Assembly (NCBI GenBank): GCA_964036045.1
Contig: OZ038379.1
Span: 14,880,001 to 14,944,000 of the forward strand
Source of the DNA: Eutreptiella sp. 'Long Island Sound 2002'
Taxonomy: Eukaryota > Protista > Euglenida
Direction: 5' to 3'
DNA length: 64,000 nt
Below the pieces are notes generated by a model. The model worked only from the letters and a program-made list of their open reading frames with translations. It had not been told where the DNA came from and searched no databases. Below are positions 24,301 through 36,300 of this stretch, piece after piece; position 1 is the first letter of the stretch; each line of letters begins with the position of its first letter. Position numbers and translations under genes: made by a program.

Positions 24301-27300
24301 CACACATGCAAGCGCACGCTCACGCACGCACATACGTGGGCACGCACAGGCACAGGCACAGGCACACGCACACGCGCGCGCACACGCACACGCACACGCA
24401 CACACACCTTCAGGCACGTCGAAATACCGATTGAGCCGGTCCTGCGTCAGGCTGGAGGTCGGGATCGTGGCGTCTTCCGAACCATCCAATACCGCAACGG
24501 TGAACGTGTCGGGGTACATGCGCAAGGAAGTGTGTTCCGTTGAATTGGCCTGGCCCACAAACTGATAACGGCCGGGAGCCAAGCAGAGCACCGTGGAATG
24601 AAGGGTCGTGCCCGGAGTATAGTCCGCAACAGCCACAGGGCAGGCCCCCCCGATATCCCACACCACATTACTCGTATTCGTGTAGCCGCGATGGTTGACC
24701 ACAATCTGCTGGCAGTCGGAGGTGTCCACCGTTGGGAAGTTGCAGTCTGTTGCAGAAGAGACCGGGAGGCACGCTAATACAAATCGGACGCTGGATATGA
24801 GCAAAGCAAAACTGGTGGTTGACTGCAGTTGACCCACAAAATGTGGCCGGCAACCACCGGCGGTTGGCAGTAAACCGACCACGGGTGGTCGGTGAGCACC
24901 ACCAGCAAGTGGCCGGTGACCGACTGCGGAGGGACCGGCCACAAAGGGCTGCCCTTTCGATTTGCAGGGCGATGCCCTGCGGAGGGCGCAATGTGCTGCA
25001 GACGACATTTCGCCGGTAAATGCCGGCAGCCGGTGGTGAAGCGACGGCGGTTAGCGGCTCACGGACGGCAGTGGGCGGGGAACGGACCGCAGTCGGCGGC
25101 CACCCTCTTGAGATCAGGGGTAGTTGAGGGTGGTGGTGCATGACTCGCATGGCACTGGCATCATGAAGAGATCTCGGGTGTTGGGGTCATCTCCCGGAGG
25201 CTGGAATCATGTACAGGGGTTAGGGCAGAGCGTGTGCAAAGGCTTCGATTCCCGCACATGGAGCGGTCTGGCGGGGGATGACTGGAAGGTTTGAAAGCAG
25301 AGGGGCCTCTTCCCCTTTTTCCTGCGGCCACACGGCGCCCCGGGGCCACACAGTGTCTTGGGTGCACATTACATTTCTACCGCAAACACATGTGGGAGTC
25401 ACGATGTTCTGGCAGTTGGCGATTGCCTCAGTGACACCGTTGCTGGTGACGATTCGCCGACCCCCCCGCCCAACCCCCGCCCGACCCCCACCTCCCCGAG
25501 CGCCAACAAAATGGGAACCATCCCCGCTCCGTTTTGGCTGGGAACGAAGGACGTTTGTCGCCTGAATTGACCTCTGGAGAACCCCTCGCCCACTCCTTTG
25601 AGAATGGGGTGGGGGATGCGAGGGTCGAGAGCAAGGGGTTCCCCCACACCCCACACCCCAATACTCCCGCCCTCCTCCGCGCACGTCTGATCCTGCACGA
25701 TGCCTGCAACGGCGCAGTGTATGCGGAGTGGCGAACGCCGTCCTGCCCCGCGATGCATACCTTCGACTTGGCTGAACACGTCCAGTTCCGCAAGGGACAA
25801 CACAGCGCTGGCGTCGTCACTCCGGATGCGGACGGCGTCGCCCAACAGGGCACAGCGCGACGAAAACACCGCCCCAGCCCCAACGTCCGGGGCCGCCCCT
25901 CCGCAGGCCTGCCACCCGTTTTCCGTCAGCACCTCCGCGACGGCCCCCGCGATCTCATGGCCCGAATCCGCGGTGTCGCAGCGTGACCACATGCGGATTT
26001 CGCGAATGCACTTGGGCACCGTGAGCGTGACCTGTAGCGTGTGCGACGCGGCGCCGCCCGTACATGAGCCCCAGTGGTCTGCAGGGCACGGATAGGCGCC
26101 GTCAGTGAGAAGTGCAGCAGAGCCCGTGCATGTGGAATTGACAGCAGCGGTGCTGCCGAGCGCAAAGTTGCGCAGATCGATGACTCCGGCCCCACAGTTA
26201 GGGTTGGGTAGTAACCCTAACCCTAACCCTGGCCCTGAAGGCGAATGCGAAGGACGTGGGGTAGCGGACAGTGCGGGCAGCCGTGGGAATGCACACAATT
26301 CATCATGACGCAGTTTGGGGCAGGCTTGCAGATGGCAACGGCAGCAGCGCTGTAAGAGGCCATGCAGCAGTGCTGCAGGAGCCTACGAAGCATTGAAAAA
26401 GGGGTGCAGCACTGTGAATGGTACAACGGCACAAGGACTGGACACACAGGCCCCCCATCCGCAGCAGACCGCCGTCCAGGTCGGCCCGATGCTTCCACAC
26501 GTTGTGGGCCCTGTTGCGCATCGCGTGACCTTCCTGCCCGTTCCCCATGCCTCGGACGTCCGGAATGACCGATACCTGGCACCACAAAGATCCGGCTGGT
26601 CTTACTCCCCGTGACAACCACTGGGCCCACAAGGACCTGACGCCCATAAGAGACCGTGAAACTGCCACCGTGCCATCCGTCCGAATAAATGTCAACCGCA
26701 TCCAATTCGTAGGGCCCGGGGGGAAGGGCATGGCACGTGTGGAAGGCGTCCACGTCGGTGTAGGACCCGTACTTGACGGAGTAAACCTGACGTCCGCTGT
26801 CTGGCAGTCTAATGGACCAGGCGGACTCTTGGGGGTACGCAACGAGCAGAATCTTGACGTGGACCTCGCCGGTCGGGCAGCCTGTGAACACGGAGAGCGT
26901 CCCCTCATCCCCCCACAACCGTCGACAATTGTGTACACCCTCTACAACCCCAACAACTCGACCACCCTCTGCCACCCCCGACAACCCTCGACCACTCTCG
27001 ACAAACCTCAACACTCCACCGCGCTTTGGAACCATCTACAACCCCTCTACAACCCTGGCAACCACCATCCCCGGTACAATACGCGACAATTCTCAAATCT
27101 CCATCACCCCCGACAATCCCCCACAACGCTCTACCACTCTCTACCTCAACACCATACCGCCCTCTACCACCCTCGAAAACCCTCTATAAGACGCCACAAC
27201 CCTCTGCAACCCCCACAACCCTCTACAACTCCATCATCCACCACCACCGCATCAACCCCCGCTCACCCTCTGGGGAGTCAGTTTTGGTTCGACAACCCTC

Positions 27301-30300
27301 TGGCCTGGGACGGTTTGGTGATCAAGCGGACGATGTTCTGGCTGGCAGCAACCCCACCCAGGCTTTGTCATCGCGTGCGACACCAGTGCCTACTGTCTTT
27401 TTACCATCACCACCACCCCTCGCCCCGCAGCAGTTTTTCCATCGCTTTGCAGTTAGACACGGGGGGACCGACTTCTTGGGTTGGGACACCAACTACCCCC
27501 CCACCACTAACCGTTCACCGGAGGCCCCCTGTGGGGGAGGGGGGGGCTGGGAGGGGGGGTTCTGGGAGAGGCGATGGGGGGGGGGGGGGGCTGGGAGGGG
27601 CTTTTAGGGGGGGGAAGGTCCGGGAAGATCGGTTGAGGGGGGTCCAGGTGGGGCAAGTGCCCTCCCTCTAACCATACCATCACCCTACAACTAACCCTTA
27701 CCTTTGCAGCGAGCTGGTTCGGCCATTCCAGCCATGTTGATTAGGCTGAACAAGATCCCCAACTTTCGTTAATGGCTGCTTTTTGTCACATCATTGCTCT
27801 CCATTTTGGACCTCAACACTAACTCTGAACCTAGCCCAGAGTTAGAGCTAGGGCTAGGGTTGGGGATAAGGTGAGGGCCAGGGGTGGGGGTAGGGCTAGG
27901 GCTAGGGGTGGGGGTAGGGGTAGGGGTGGGGGTAGGGGTAGGGGTAGGACTAGGCGTAAGGTTGGGGTGGGCATTAGGGTCAGGGTTGGGTCTAAGGACA
28001 GTACTGGGGTGCAAAGTGGACAAAAATTTCCTTCGGGCACCTTTGTTGCCCATGGAGTGTCAGGCACATTTGACCCCCCTGGACTCCTGAGGGCGGCACC
28101 TTTGGCAACTGACTGTCGGCCAGAGCCCTCTTGGGGGGGGGCTTTGGGCTTTGGGCTTGTCTTCCCGATCCGAAGAGGGCCTTAGGGGCCCACGGAGTGC
28201 CGCGCATTGGGGAAGTTCGGCTCAGGCGCGCCTCACTCACCCCCATACCATGCGGTCTGGGAGCGGGGCATACACCTCCTAGTGCGGTCGTGCGTGTGCC
28301 GGTGCAGGCAGGGGGGTAGGTTGAGGGCGCGCAAGCGCTTGGGGGGGGGGGGGGTAGAGAAGGGGGGACGGAGAAGGGGAGCCGGGTACTTTCGGGGCCC
28401 CGGTTCCCCCGTTTGGCGACGTCAAGTCCTCCCCCACCGCTCGGGGGAGGATGTCCCGCCTGGAAAGGAAGAAACTGGGAGCAGAGAGCACCGTCGGAGC
28501 GCCGACTGACATGCCAGGAGGGGGACTCGCACTCAGGACACGCCATGCAGCAGTGTACTGAGTTACCGCCGGGCCACACGGCCAGCGATCTGCATGGAGG
28601 GCCAAGGGTATAGGGTTGGTGCAGGGGAGGGGCGAGGTTGGTCTGCCAGGGCGGCCGTGGGGCAGACCAGTACGCTGTACAAGGCGGGAAATGGTGGGAG
28701 CGAGGGGTTTGAGGAGGTAGGGCCTCTCGTGCAAGTGCTGGGCTTTGGGGGGGGGCAGAGGAGGGGGGGGGGGGGCACCTGCCGGGTATTGTTGGGGTCC
28801 CGGTTCCCCTGGTTGGCGACGTATAGTCCTCCCCTACCGCCTGGGGGAGGATGCTCCGCCTGGAAAGAAAGAAGCAGGAGGAGAGAGGCTGGGTCGCCGG
28901 CGGACATGCATGGAGGGTGATGTGGAGAGGGACAGCACCGTCAGATCGCCGGCGGACGTGCTGGGAGGGAGGCTAGGAGGGGACAGCACCATCGGAGCGC
29001 CGACTGACATGCCAGGAGAGGGACTCGAACCCAGGACACGCCATGCGGCAGTGTCCAGAGATACCGCTGGGCCACGCGGCCCGCGAGCTGCATGAAGGGC
29101 TAGGGGCATAGGGCTGGTGCAGGGGAGCAGGGGTGCAGGGGCAGAGGAGGGGGGGGGGGGGGCACCCGCCGGGTACTTTTGGGGCCCCGGTTCCCCTGGT
29201 TGGCGACGTCAAGTCCTCCCCTACCGCCTGGGGGAGGATGCTCCGCCTGGAAAGAAAGCAGCAGCAGGAGAGAGGCTGGGTCGCCGGCGGGCATGCATGG
29301 AGGGTGATGGGGAGAGGGACAGCACCGTCGGATCACCGGCGGACGTGCTGGGAGGGTGGCCAGGAGGGGACAGCACCGTCGGGGCGCCGACTGACATGCC
29401 AGGAGGGGGATTCGAACCCAGGACGCGCCATGCGGCAGTGTACTGAGGTACCGCTGGGCCACACGGCCAGCGAGCTGCATTGAGGGTTAGGGGCATAGGG
29501 CTGGTGCAGGGGAGGGGCGAGGTTGGTCTGCCAGAGCGGCCGTGGGGCCGCCCATTACTGTGTACAAGGGGTGTAATGGTGGGAGCGTAGGGTTTGAGAA
29601 GGTAGGGCCTCTCGTGCAAGTGCTGGGCTTCGGGAGGGGGGCTGAGGAGGGGGGGGACCACCTGCCGGGTACTGTTGGGGCCCCGGTTCCCCTGGTTGGC
29701 GACGTCAAGTCCTCCCCTACCGCCTGGGGGAGGATGCTCTGCCTGGAAAGAAAGAAACGGGAAGCAGAAAGCACCGTCAGAGCGCCGACTGACATGCCAG
29801 GAGGGGGATTCGAACCCAGGACACGCCATGCGGTAGTGTACTGAGATACCGCTGGCCCACATGGCCAGCGATCTGCATGGAGGGCCAGGGGTATAGGGTT
29901 GGTGCAGGGGAGGGGCGAAGCTGGTCTGCCAGGCGGCCGTGGGGCCGACCAGTACGCTGTACTAGGGAGGAAATGGTGGGAGCGAGGGGTGTGAGGAGGT
30001 CGGGCCTCTCGTGCAAGTGCTGGGATTTGGGGGGGGGGCAGAGGAGGGGGGGGGGGGGGGCACCTGCCGGGTACTGTTGGGGTCCCGGTTCCCCTGGTTG
30101 GCGACGTCTAGTCCTCCCCTACCGCCTGGGGGAGGATGCTCCGCCTGGAAAGAAAGAAGCAGGAAGAGAGAGGCTGGGTCGCCGGCGGATGTGCATGGAG
30201 GGTGATGGGGAGAGAGACAGCACCGTCGGAACGCCGGCGGACGTGCTGGGAGGGAGGCTAGTAGGGGACAGCACCGTCGGATCGCCGGCGGACGTGCTTG

Positions 30301-33300
30301 GGAGGAGGAGGGTATGGCTGGGGGGTGGGGTGCGGCGGGGCGGGGGGGTGGGGGGTACACTTGGTGAGGCAGTGGTGCGTCTGCCCCTCACAGGCTGCAC
30401 CTCTGACCCCAGGGGGCGCCCAGGGCGGGTGGCGGCAGTGACCGGCCTGACTCGGCCCTCTTGGGGGGGGGGGGGGGGTAGTTGGCGTCCTAGGACCCCC
30501 GTGCAGTAGGATGAACCGTGTTCCAGTTCACAGCACGCGGCAAACAACGTAGGCATACGCTCAAATGGCGTCATGGTGGCGGTCGGAGTGGCTGTGAGGC
30601 TGGGGGTTGACGTTTCGGAAGCAGTTGTCGATGGTGTCACGCTGTCAGATTCAGTGACTGAAAGAGACGAGCAGAAGGTGCTGAGATAACGCCTGATGCC
30701 GTTTGGACAGGTTGGTGCGCAATCGTGCAGCTTCCAGGATGGCCACCCTGAAACGGGTCGGCTGTTTTAGACCACTAACTTGGCCCTGAGCTGGCTCCTT
30801 GCTGCGGAGTATTTCGCTTCTTGGCAGTCTATTTACATGCATTTCATCACCAACTCGTTTCGAAAAAGACACAAGCGTTCCACTACTATTGACCCCTTTC
30901 TTTTGCCTGTGCAAGCCGCCAATGGCGCCGTTTGGGAACCCGGGTGGTGAAACGTTGCCTTCTGGTATGGCAATCGATGTGCAAAAAGAATGATTCTCAT
31001 TTGAAACATCATGTCACAGGCATAATGGTTCTCGGGCTTGTTGTTGCTTGTTCTATGAGGAATTTAATTAGAGAGGACGGAAAGCGATCTTTTGAAGTCG
31101 TCCGAGCTACCACCAGGGCATGGAAAGGCGATTCCGAAGGTTGATTTGCATGCCAATCGATCCAAGGGCTGACCCGGAGTCGAGGGGGAGATGTCTCAAC
31201 AAAAATCTGAAAGTCTGGGATTAAATCTGCTGTGAAAATGCCTCGTCTGCACGCCTTTCACACCCCCACAATTAGCAAGCGACGACACACACACAGTGCA
31301 AGCACTGATCATACCCACAGGCACACAGAGAGCGAAGGATGACCCCGCACCATTGCATCCCGATTGCATTCTGATTGCATACTTGTGCTCGGTCTGTACA
31401 CCGACCGTTTTGAGAGCGTGCAACGCTGAACAAAAGGTCTGAAATGCGTGAAACCTTGACGGAATTGTTTTGGCCTTGAAATGGCCCTGGAGGCAGATTT
31501 GGCACCCCCTTATTTGCCCTTCTTAGATTTGGCACCCCCTTCTTTGCCCTTCTTAGAGTGGCTGACAACCATAGGAGAAGTGCCCCTCCCCCCTCAGCCC
31601 CCAGACTCCCTCCCCCCTCCCCTTCTAATGCGGTCTTCCAGGCCATTGCATTGCTTCTATGCAGCTAGTATGTCGCTTGAATGATGAAGTACTTAGTCAT
31701 GATATTGCAGGACTTGATTGGAGGGTGATTTTTGCTGTCACTCTACACCGTCATTCTACACTGTCATTGTGTGCCATGACTCGGTACTACAATCATGTAC
31801 TGCTGCTCTTCAATGTCTTTGTTTACTATCTCTGATATCGATACCCTGTTGCGCTCCATGTATCACTGCATGTGTGACTGCAATGTTGCACTCCAGTGGG
31901 ACTCTGCACCGATGCTCTGCATTGTCACTCTTTGCTATCACTCTCGCAAAAATCATTTTTCCAACATTGGGTTTGAAATGACAAGTCTTCCTTTTGCATA
32001 TTGGGGGCGTTTTCACACAGCGCGGGCACAGCGCCAATTATTACGTTGTTTATCCCGGGAACACCCCTGAAAACCACCCACCTGCAGAAGGATGCATGAT
32101 CAATTCAAAACAGCATGGGGTGCAGAATTCAGGACCCTGGGACCCGTGGCAAGCATCAGACTGACCAAAAAAATCCCTGGCGTACCAGCAGGGGGGGTGT
32201 AGGGTGCAGAATTCAGGACCTTGGGATCTGTGGCTACCGGTGGTGGAAAACAGCCGACTTTTCGCACAGCGCACGATGCGCCCCCATTGATTGAGATACT
32301 AAAGCCAAGCGGGCAACTTTCCCCGCTCGGCTTCCCCAACAGGGCCATCAGTAGCTCTCAACAGCTAAAAGGGGGTATCAAAAATGGCCATTTTCAGCCA
32401 GTTTTTGGCCTGATCATCCCGAAAGTTCAGTATGATCACTGGCACACCAAGTTAGTCCAAACGGACGCTTTACTTTTCCACAATGATTGAGCCATAAAAA
32501 AGTACAAATGCATGATTGGGATTGCCCACTACTGACCTTCCGTCCATTGTCCACACAATTGGCGTCAGTGCGGTACACACAACAGCTTTTGTCCGAGTCT
32601 CAGAATCGCATGTGCCCACAATAGCTCGTGTTGTCGCACCAAGCGCCAGAAACAGCAGTATTTATCCCTGTGCTTGCAAATTATTCCGCCATACCCACCA
32701 CGCAATGGCCATACCAGGCATATTCATACGCTGAGGGAAGACAGGAATATGTATAACACCGTGCTTTCCCTTCTGCCTTCTACAGAGTGACATTGCAGAG
32801 TGACAGTGTCAACGGACAAAGTGACAGCAGAATGTGATAGTATGCCATTCCTCGCATGCCACTCCGACCGTGTCAAGGGTACAGCGCACAGATGCAAATA
32901 TTTGTGTGGACAGTCCATATTTCGGGCGTCGCAATTGTCGTCGTTGAAATATTATCCTTGCAGGCTCCTTCCCATGGCACAGTTAGGATGGCACTGCAGT
33001 CTTCACTGGCCAAACATCAATCTTTACAAGCCTGGTAAGTGGCTTGGGATCCGGCCGGAGCATCGGCATACATTGCACCAGGAACAACACACTTTGGACA
33101 CAGAGGTTCGAATACACAGCAGATTCACGTCAAGAGCGTAGTGGAATCGGGAGGAATGATCTGATTTCGAGGGTGCAAAGACGGACATGCATTGGCGCAT
33201 CGTTTGTCACACAGTTGTTTCCATACAAAGCCTGCGCTTCGTTTCTGTACTGTTGTTGACTTTATCTACCGCTGATTTGCGATATCTTGATGCCCTCCTC

Positions 33301-36300
33301 GTGGAATGATTCCAAGCGGTCACATTCGCGCTGTGTGTGGCACCCGTACTGAAGGCCCCCAGTGGCATTCGCGGCGATCACCCCCGCCGGTTCGCTCAAG
33401 CGAAGTCTGGCACTCACCACTAGGGTCTGCTCAGCCCTATCAGGAGGACCCCCGCAGGTCAACTCAAATGATCACAGCGGTGCCCGGCTCGACCTGGAAA
33501 TTCAGGGTCGTCCTGGAGCCTTTGTTGGCCCCTGAGTCGGCTCGGGCTGCAACACCAGATTGAGACCGTGTTGGGGCGGTGAATGGAAAGAGCTGGTTTC
33601 GGAGCCGGAGAAATGTCTTCCCACCTCTACTGCTCGCCGGCAGGGTTAGCATGATGATGATCGGTGAAGTGGTGAAGTGGTTGTAATTGGCTTGGGTAAT
33701 GGTAGTATCACAACGGAACAGGTTTGCAGAGGTGCTATGCTTTTCAGCCCAAACGAGAGGCATATCCATGAATCCCAAACGCTAGTTGGCTGTTGTTCGG
33801 AGGAACGACGCTACGCCACGGAATGGGGGGCCCGACCAGACCCTTGGCAGTGCACTACCTCGGATTGTGCTGGGACTTGGAGATGGTGTGGAAGATAATG
33901 ACGGGCTTGCACTCGGAGATAGTGATGGGCTGGGATTTGCTGTTCAGATGGCATTGGATGAACAGAAACGTTGACAAAACTGGTGGCAGGTTGAGCAAAG
34001 CTACCCTTTAAGACGGTTCCGATTCTATGATGCACGGGACTCACGCCTGAGCGGGTCTTGCCCAACAATGCCTCATTATTGCGGAAACTGGAGGGTCCGG
34101 TGGGTCGCGGCGGGGGGGGGGGGGGTTGGGATGGGGGCCGCCAAGGAGAGGGGTAGTGGGGCAGGGGGCGTCTCCGAAGCTCCTCCTGCCAGCATTGACA
34201 GTGGATGCCCAGGCCTTGTGACCCAAGGTGGCCTGTTCGGGTCGAGGTCAGGGGTAATGTGTGGCATAAACTGCAGGACAGAGTTAAGGTTGTAAATAAA
34301 CCATGTTGTGTCTTCCAGCGCCTTTGGCGCCAAACATTTTAATCCAGCACATTCGGTGCCAGGGGGGGGGCGACTACAACCGGTCCGGATGCGACACCGC
34401 CCAGCTTTCTGTCAACACTTGGGGTGGGGGGTCGGCTGGAGGGTCTGAGGGGGGGGGGGTCGAGTGGAGGGGAGGGGAGGGGGGGGGGTCGGCTGGAGGG
34501 TACGTGTGTGGGGGGGGTTCGGCCGTGGCACACCGCACAGCAGCACAAGGTCCGCCAGCTGCACGGAGTTGGCCGCCCAAGTGTCGCGCAGGTCCAGGAC
34601 GTCCAGGCGGTACGTCTGGCCCAGTGCAGGGCTGGCGAGCTGGAAGGTCTTGGCCTGGTTCCGCGCGCTGAAGTACACGCCGGTCTTCTCCTCAACAGCG
34701 GTGCCGTCGACCACGAGCCGCCAGCTCTTGGGGTCCCGCTCGGGGGCGTCGTTGGCGGACACGAGGCGGTACCCGGAGACCACCGCGCTTTCAATGAAGC
34801 GGATCTGAACCCACGCCGTGCCGTCGGACCCGCCGAAGTCCAGCCACTTGGTGCTGGGGTTGACATCGAAGGCCCGGGCCGCGATCTCGTTGGGGCCGTT
34901 CTCGCCGCTAGCGGTGACGCTGCCGGAGGGGCAGTGCTCTGCGGAGCGCGCGCGGCGCGTGCGAGGGCTCGGCGGCGAATGCGGGGGAGGTCATACACGA
35001 TCACGAGGACGTGGCAGGCCCCCCCGCGTGACCATGGGACGGGGGGGGGGGGGAGGCGATGCAGTGGCCAGCGCCGCAGCGTGCGACATGGGCCATCGGT
35101 GTGGTCATGACACGGAGGACGCCCTCTCCTCTGCCGTGAAGCGTGCGGCACGGGCCGCTGCCTACGGATACCCCAGGGCCTCAAAGGTACGGTTGCGGTG
35201 TCCACATTCGGCTCTGGCCGCGCCTGCTCCCCCACAGCTTTCATCGCCTACGGTCCGCGCTGGTCGCCGCCGATGCTCTCAGGTCCACCGATGTGTTGTG
35301 GCCTGTTCCGCCCGCCCTGAGTGGCTGGGGTTGCGCCTGCTCGGACTCTACCGGGTCACCCCCGGGCGTACGGGTAAAGCACATACCGCACTTGGGAACA
35401 CGGTCTTGAAGGGAGATGCAGCCCGCCTGCCCGACGTTGCCATAATCGTGAGTATCCCAGTAGACATCGAAGTAATAACCATATGGTGCCTTGCATGCAC
35501 ACTCTGGACTGGAGTTGCAACCGGCAGAGAGCGTGGCGTCCGTGCATTCACCTGGCAAGCAATAAAGAGAGAGAAAACGCTGTCCCTACTACTCTCGTGG
35601 CTGAACATGTGTACGTAGATTTGGATGCTCTCCGCCACACAATCGTGCAGCATCCCATCCTTGCGCTATTGTCAGCTATAAGATCCCCTGTGCATCGTGT
35701 ATGGGGCTGGAGCCCGAGCAACTAGTGTGCCCCGCACAGGTGTTTTAGACTTTTCTGACTGGTCAATATGCGTTCAAAATCTCTTGACCCCCAAAATGTC
35801 AAATTCACCAACAGGATGTACCGGTACTTGCTGCTACGGTGTATGACTATCGGGCAACTTCAATGCAGCGAAGAGCCACAGGGGTAAAGCACATACCGCA
35901 CTTGGGAACACGGTCTTGAAGGGAGATGCAGCCCGCCTGCCCGACGTTGCCATAATCGTGAGTATCCCAGTAGACATCGAAGTAATAACCATATGGTGCC
36001 TTGCATGCACACTCTGGACTGGAGTTGCAACCGGCAGAGAGCGTGGCGTCCGTGCATTCACCTGGCAAGCAATAAAGAGAGAGAAAACGCTGTCCCTACT
36101 ACTCTCGTGGCTGAACATGTGTACGTAGATTTGGATGCTCTCCGCCACACAATCGTGCAGCATCCCATCCTTGCGCTATTGTCAGCTATAAGATCCCCTG
36201 TGCATCGTGTATGGGGCTGGAGCCCGAGCAACTAGTGTGCCCCGCACAGGTGTTTTAGACTTTTCTGACTGGTCAATATGCGTTCAAAATCTCTTGACCC

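Noticed and set aside
28512-29865. Functional tRNA gene cluster
   Set aside because: A and B boxes are present, but the acceptor stem is mismatched and there is no clean anticodon arm; better explained as SINE-like.
33262-33778. Additional exons from ORFs 33262-33462 and 33464-33778 (also candidates near 42200-42380 and 46100-46230)
   Set aside because: I could not find convincing paired phase-1 splice sites with a stop-free frame; left out pending RNA-seq.
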